Of a stretch of DNA of 64,000 nt, positions 56,343-64,000 are shown one piece after another. The stretch is from the NCBI RefSeq assembly GCF_009914755.1, contig NC_060941.1, one strand, 5' to 3'. Source of the stretch: the human T2T-CHM13v2.0 reference genome, Homo sapiens. Positions within the stretch are counted from its first letter, which is position 1, and each line of letters starts with the position of its first letter. The position numbers and the translations under genes are program-made. The notes under the pieces are model-generated. The model was not told where the DNA came from and made no database searches. It was given only the letters and a program-made list of their open reading frames with translations.

Positions 56343-57402
56343 CCATCTTGAGTTAATTTTTGTATATGGTGTAAGGAAGGGGTCCAGTTTTAATCTTCCA
56401 CATTTGGCTAGCCAGTTATCCCAGCACCATTTATTGAATATGGAATTCTTTCACCATTGCTTGTTTTTGACAGCTTTGTTGAAGATCAGATAGTTATAGG
56501 TATGCAATCTTATTTCTGGGTTCTGTATTCTCTTCTATTGGTCTATGTGTCTGTTTTTGTACCAGTACCACGCTGTTTTGGTTACTGTACCCCTGCTGTA
56601 TAGTTTGAAGTGATGCCTCCAGCTTTGCTCTTTTTGCTTTAGATTGCCTTGACTATTTGGGCTCTTTTTTGGCTCCATATGAATTTTAAAATCGTTTTCT
56701 CTAGTTCTGTGAAGAATGTCAATGTTTAGTTTAGTTTATAGGAATAACACTGAATCTATAAATTGCTTTGGGCAATATAGCCATTTTAATAATATTTATT
56801 CTTCCTATCCATGAACATGGAAGGTTTTTCCGCTCATTTGTGTCATCTCTGATTTCTCTGAGCAGTGGTTTGTAGTTCTCCTTGTAAAGACCATTCACCT
56901 CCCTAGTTAGCTGTATTCACAGATATTTTATTCTTTTTGTGGCAGTTGTGAATGGGAGTGGATTCCTGACTTGGCTCTCTGCTTGACTGTTGTTGGTGTA
57001 TAGGAGAACGCCTGGACACAGAGGGGAGCAACACACACTGGGGACTATTGGAAGGTAGAGAATGGGAGGAGGGAGAGGATCAGGAAAAATAACTAGGGTT
57101 ATTTTTCTACAAGTTACCCAGATAATTAAATAGTGAAAAGGATAGCATTTTTCAACAATTCATGGTCTAAAACTGGATACATCCCCAAAACTATCAAAAG
57201 TGAAAGAATGAACAAATCACGGTGTCTTTATACAATGGAATACTACTCAGTAATAAAAAAGTCACTGATCTACACAATTACATATGGGTACTAGGCTTAA
57301 TATCTTGGAGATGAAATAATCTGTACAACAAACCCCCATGATACAAGTTTACCTGTGTAACAAACCTGCACATGTACCCCTGAACTTAAAAGTTAAAAAA
57401 AA
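56343..57402 (+). mobile_element. 5'-inverted primate L1 insertion (minus 56343-~57003, plus ~57004-57402) inside an old L1M
   Basis: Antisense ORF2 piece joined to a sense 3' UTR ending ctgaacttaaaagttaaaaaaaa; imperfect TSD AAACAGAACCAA / AAATAGATCCAA. Confidence 0.75.
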
Positions 57403-57927
57403 TAGATCCAACTATATATGGTCAACTGACTTTCTACAAGTTACCCAGATAATTAAATAGGGAAAATGATAGCATTTTTCAACAATTCATGGTCTAAAAC
57501 TGGATACATCCCCAAAACTATCAAAAGTGAAAGAATGAACAAATCACGGTGTCTTTATACAATGGAATACTACTCAGTAATAAAAAAGTCACTGATCTAC
57601 ACAATTACATGATGAAATCTACAAAACATTATGCAGAGCTGAAGTAGCCAGATACAAAGAGTACATACTAAATGATTCCACTTATGTGAAGTTCAAAGCA
57701 GGCAAATCTCATTTGCAGTGATATAAATCAGATAGATAAAAATCAGATTAGTGGCAGGAAGAGCTTAATTGCAAGGGTACACATTGAATTATGAAGTGAT
57801 GGAGTTATTCTAGATTTGGATTGGGGTAGAGGTTACATGACATAAAAGTCCCCTATTCCCACATCATTGCTATTACCATAGAAGGTCAATCATTTCTAAA
57901 TTTTCCAAGTATGTGGTCATTCAATAA

Positions 57928-58286
<359 letters not shown>

Positions 58287-58563
58287 CTTTTTCAAGTTTT
58301 TTTCCTGGTTAACACTAAAGCTGAACGTCTTCTTATATTGTTTATTCTTTATGAATTTTCTGTTAATATTCTTTGTACATTTTTATTCAGTTGTGTTTTA
58401 TTTTTATTAGATTATAGGAGCTCTTTGTATATTTTAAATTTCAATCTCGTGTTTATTAGACATGTTATAGCCTGTTACTTCTTTTTCAAATTTCTGTTAT
58501 CTTTTGTCCCAGAAAACTTTCCTATTTCTATCTGGTCAAATATGTCAACATTTTTATACAGCT

Positions 58564-58955
58564 TCTGAGTTTTGCATAAATTATAAATATTATTTTATAT
58601 TAGAGTATTTTTATAGATTGTAATTTAAGTTTAGCTTTTTAAGGCACCTAAAATATAATTTACTTGTACTGTAAAAATTTCATTTACTATTTTCCCATGT
58701 CAATTCCCCGGTAGTATATCCCTTCTCCCATTGATTTTCTTAATCACAAAATAAATCCTCTGAGTTTTGCATAAATTATAAATATTTTTTATATTAGAGT
58801 ATTTTTGTAGATTGTAGTTTAAGTTTAGCTTTTTAAGCCATCTAAAATATAATTTACTTGTACTGTAAAAATTTCATTTAATATTTTCCCATGTCAATTT
58901 CCCTGGTAGTGTATCTCTTCTCCCATTGATTTTCTTAATTACAAAATAAATCCTC
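58564..58955. repeat. Tandem duplication of about 195 bp
   Basis: TCTGAGTTTTGCATAAATTATAAA...AAATAAATCCTC at 58564-58760 and 58759-58955. Confidence 0.9.
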
Positions 58956-59968
58956 ACATACACAGGACTATTTTTAATGTTCTTTTCACTCAATTGATCT
59001 TTTTTGTCAATTCCTGAATAAATACATACTGTTTTAATTATTGGGTTTTTTCAAATATGTATTGATACTTGGTAGAAAAAGAACGAATTTATGGTTCCTA
59101 TTTTTCAAATATTTCTTATAAATTTTACCTTTTTGTCTTTCAAGAGAACTTGAGAATAAACTTGTCCATCTCCACAAAAATAATTCCACTGGGAATTTTA
59201 TTTGGATTGCATTGAATGTATTTGAGTAGAGTTGCTTTTGTGAAAGTACTGAGGTTTCAAAACATATTAAGTGGTACAGTTTTAATTAGACTGATTTTAT
59301 TGCATAAAAATTAATCTTTAAAAAACTGTTAAAATTGAGGTACCCTTTCCAGAGTCATTATATATGTTCATTTCTTGTAGTATCTTTTATACCTTTTATT
59401 AAATTTTTAAAGGTTTCTTCCTTAGTTCTTGTACTTACCTTTACTTGCTATTAAGAATTAAATCCATTTTTTATTGATTTTTAAATTGGGTTTTTCTGGC
59501 ATAAAGGAAAGTGATTTAAAGATCAATCTTTTTTCCTGCCTCTAATACCTCTGATGTATTATGCACTGAGAAACTGGTGTTACCCTAATGACCATATGGA
59601 GATTAATAAAGTATTTCAGGAAATATTAAATGAAAAAGGTGAAATTCAAAATGGTATATATACACATATAGAAGTGGTTGGTCAGGTAACTGGATGGGAG
59701 GAGACATCATAAATACCAATATGGGATCAATGACAAAGAAGAGACTTGGATGGAACATGAAAAGTTTAATGCTGTGCGTGTTGAAACTGAACTGCCCATA
59801 GAGTCTCAAGAAGAGGTATCTATTAGGCAGATAAGAAGAACAGTTGGAAGTTCTGGAGAAAGGCTGGGCTTCAGATAGAGCTGTGGAGGTCGGCAGAACA
59901 TACAGAAGGATGAAAGTGATGGGCTTGGATCACATCACTTAGAGGGCACAACTAAGAATACAAACTGA

Positions 59969-60305
59969 GTGGGGCGCAGTGGCTCACGCCTGTAATCCCA
60001 GCACTTTGGGAGGCCGAGGTGGGCAGATCACTTGAGGTCAGGAGTTCGAGACCACCCTGGTCAACATGGTGAAACTCCATCTCTACTAAAAATATATAAA
60101 TTAGCTGGGCGTGGAGAGGTGGGGCAGGAGTGGGGGGTGCCTGTGGTCCCAGCTACTCGGGAAGCTGAGGTGGGAGAATCGCGTGAGCCCAAGAGGTGGG
60201 AGAATCATGTGAGCCCAGGAGGCGGAGGTTGCAGTTACCCGAGATGATGCCATTGCACTCCAGCCTGGGCAACAGAGCGAGACTTATTTAAAAAAAAAAA
60301 AAATA

Positions 60306-60336
<31 letters not shown>
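59969..60336 (+). mobile_element. Alu with an internal 26-bp duplication and an (AAT)n tail
   Basis: TSD AAGAATACAAA(C/T)TGA at 59954-59968 and 60337-60351. Confidence 0.95.
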
Positions 60337-60338
<2 letters not shown>

Positions 60339-60398
60339 GAATACAAATTGACCAATGTTGGAAACTTACGCCACAAGTGGAGTTAAGAGTTTTAAAAA

Positions 60399-60521
60399 GA
60401 TCTATATTCCTTTGGGCATATACCCAATAATGGGATTGCTGGGTCAAATGGTATTTCTGGTTCTAGATCCTTGAGGAATCGCCACACTGTCTTCCACAAT
60501 GGTTGAACTAATTCACACTCC
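60399..60521 (-). mobile_element. Isolated internal L1PA ORF2 fragment of about 120 bp
   Basis: Closely matches 2768-2890; no poly(A) or TSD seen. Confidence 0.8.
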
Positions 60522-60716
60522 TATGAATGGCTGCTCCCTTTCTTTCTAAAGTGAGAGAAAATGAGAATAAACTGCAGAATCAGATAGTCTGGAATTTTAT
60601 AAAAGCTCAACAATTGACACACTGTGTGATGTAGAAAGTTGCTGAGCTACGTACTTTTCAGCATGTAACACAGTGTTAGCATCTTCTCTACTTCCTGGGA
60701 TCTGTCATGAGGGTAA

Positions 60717-61094
<378 letters not shown>

Positions 61095-61443
61095 AGAAGA
61101 TAGACATTCCTTAAAACTGAGCTTTTTTAAATTTACCAGCAACTAGCTTCTTTCCTGGTGAAATAAATTTTAGGGCCTCAGGGTATTAGTTAATTCCAGG
61201 TAAAGACGAAATACACCGTTGTAGTAAAAGTGTTAGAAAAATGTATTGAAGGTCAGACCAGGTGAGAAAAGTCTATGGAGATGTGAAAATAAATCAGGAG
61301 GAGGGAGAAGAGGTAAAATGGTGTGAAAATTTGTGCAGGGAGAATATGTAGGAGACACTCAAAGGGCGGCTGGGAGGTTAAGCTGTTTAGATCTTATTTA
61401 GCACTAACCTAAGATTATAGAGCACTATTTAGAAATGATTCTA

Positions 61444-62069
<626 letters not shown>

Positions 62070-62405
62070 AAATGATTCTACAATCAAAGCAAAATTCTGA
62101 GTAACATAACAAAATCCTGTGATAATTTAAGAATGTGGGGCATGAAGACCATTTAAAACAGTTGTTCTTAAACTACATTTTTCCAAGATCACCTTGGGAA
62201 GACAAACAGGAAGTCTTAGCCAGGTCACCAAGACCCTCTTCCCTAGTTCAACTACTCAGCTATGCTTCATCTCCACTACATATTGAAAAATTATGTACGA
62301 TGCCATTTCAACAAAAGGATGGTGAGGAAATAATTTAGAATAATATTCCAATATTAATATCAATATTTTACTGGATAAACTATGTAATAGCTCCAAGTGT
62401 TATCA

Positions 62406-63350
62406 TCAGAGAGAGAAGAAAGTTTTCTTCTGATGAATGACTCTGCTCAGGGCTCCCTTCATGTCTCTGTTCCTCAGGCTGTAGATGAAGGGGTTCAGCA
62501 TGGGGGTCACCACAGTGTACATCATAGCCATGACAGTGTCCTTTAGAGTAGAACTATTAGCTGATGAGCATAAGTAGAGACCAATAACGGTTCCATAGAA
62601 CAGTGACACCACAGACAGGTGGGAGCCACAAGTAGAGAAGGCCTTGCAGATACCCTTAGAAGAAGGGACCTTGAGGATGGAGGAGACAATTCTTGCATAG
62701 GACCCAAGGATGAGTAGGAATGGGATGACAAGAATGAGCCCTCCCATGATAAATATCACCCATTCATTAACTCGAGTGTCAGAGAAGGCCAGCTTCAGCA
62801 GAGCAGACATATCACAGAAAAAGTGGGGGATCACATTGTCTGCACAAAAACACAACCTGGCCATGAGTAAAGTGTGTAACATGGCATGGAAGGTGGTCAG
62901 CACCCAGGACAGCGCCACCAGGGCGAGACAGAGCATGGGGCTCATGATGGCGGTGTAGTGCAGGGGGAAGCAGATGGCCACATAGCGGTCATAGGCCATG
63001 GCCACAAGGAGGAAGCTCTCCAGGTCTCCAAATAACAGGAAGAAGTACATTTGGGTCAGGCAGTCCGCATAGGGGATGGATGGGTCCTGGTTCTGCATGT
63101 TCTGTAACAACTTGGGAATGGTCACGGAAGAGAAGCAGAGGTCAGAGAAGGACAAGTTGCTGAGAAACAAATACATAGGCGTGTGGAGATGGGAGTCCAG
63201 TCAAATGAGGACAATGATGAGGAGGTTCCCCAGGAGGGTGGTAAGATACATGGCCAAGAACAGGGCATAGCACAGGTTTTGCTGCTCTGGTTGGATGGGC
63301 AGGCCCAGGAGCAGGAAGTCTGAGATGCTGGTTTGATTTTGTCCCATCAT
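62406..63350 (-). pseudogene. OR1E1: Olfactory receptor OR1E1 coding exon; this allele has a premature stop at codon 50
   Basis: ATG at 63350 reads [18 protein letters not shown]...[26 protein letters not shown]...[10 protein letters not shown]...[10 protein letters not shown]...[12 protein letters not shown]...KKTFFSL. It spans 945 nt (315 codons) with TGA at 63203-63201. The protein matches human OR1E1 as I recall it. Confidence 0.9.
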
Positions 63351-63366
63351 GCTCTGTCTCCAGTAT

Positions 63367-63386
63367 CTTTAATGGAAAAACAACAG
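63367..63386 (-). promoter_or_regulatory. Candidate splice acceptor for the OR1E1 coding exon
   Basis: Minus strand reads ctgttgtttttccattaaAG|atactgg, 16 nt before the ATG. Confidence 0.45.
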
Positions 63387-63814
63387 TATCCTTTAAAATC
63401 TGAATTTTAAAATGGAGATATTTCTGTGACACTTGGTCTGCTGAGTGTTCTGCGAAAATTATTTAACTGACATTATAATAATCATCTCTATACCACAAAT
63501 ATCTATAATTAGAATCTCTATAATCAGAAATGACTTAACTTTATCTTTTTTCTCTTCATTTATCTTTAACATGTAACAATATTCCATCCTTTCTAAAATA
63601 CTCATCTATTTACTTCTGAAACATAAAGTGTGTTGGTTTCTCTCTTACCTGCCTCACCAGTAACTGCAGTTGGCTCCTCCTCTGTCAGTATCTTACATGT
63701 TGATATTCCTCAGGGATTTTTCTAAACTTCATTTTTTTTTTATAATTCTGCATAATGGCCAATAAAAACACATCTACTCCAATGGCTTTAATTGCCATTT
63801 AAAACTCAGGTGTA

Positions 63815-64000
63815 GGCTGGGCGCAGTAGCTCACACCTGTAATTCCAACATTTTGGGAGGCTGAGGTGGGTGGATCACCTGAGGCTAGGAGTTTGAGACC
63901 AGCCTGGCCAACATGGTGAAACCTTGTCTCTACTAAAAATACAAAAATTAGCCTGGTGTGGTGGCGGGTGCCTGTAATTCAGCTACTCAGGAGGCTGAGG
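63815..64000 (+). mobile_element. Alu running off the window end
   Basis: ggctgggcgcagtagctcacacctgtaat... Confidence 0.95.

Overview
This is hominid (human-like) genomic DNA from an olfactory receptor cluster; the gene content matches the human 17p13.3 cluster as I recall it. It has two single-exon OR loci: a CpG-rich OR1R1P-like ORF (+, 50869-51813) and OR1E1 (-, 62406-63350). The rest is mostly retroelements: several young and old L1s, a full-length SVA, THE1/MST and MER52 LTR elements, many Alus, and MIR/L2 relics. I found no novel protein-coding system; almost all listed ORFs are repeat-derived. The most notable observations: (1) OR1E1 has an in-frame TGA at codon 50. (2) The OR1R1P ORF is open only because a +1 frameshift and an inferred -7 frameshift cancel, which hides the SYARI motif in another frame. 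(3) Three neighbouring young L1s share non-consensus variants pairwise, including one nonsense codon, suggesting local gene conversion. (4) A full-length L1 carries a 3' transduction, and a separate short insert looks like an orphan retroposed fragment. (5) Three short locally templated insertions are present, two with fold-back or iterative-priming junctions. Repeat subfamily names and consensus comparisons are from memory and need confirming with RepeatMasker/Dfam.
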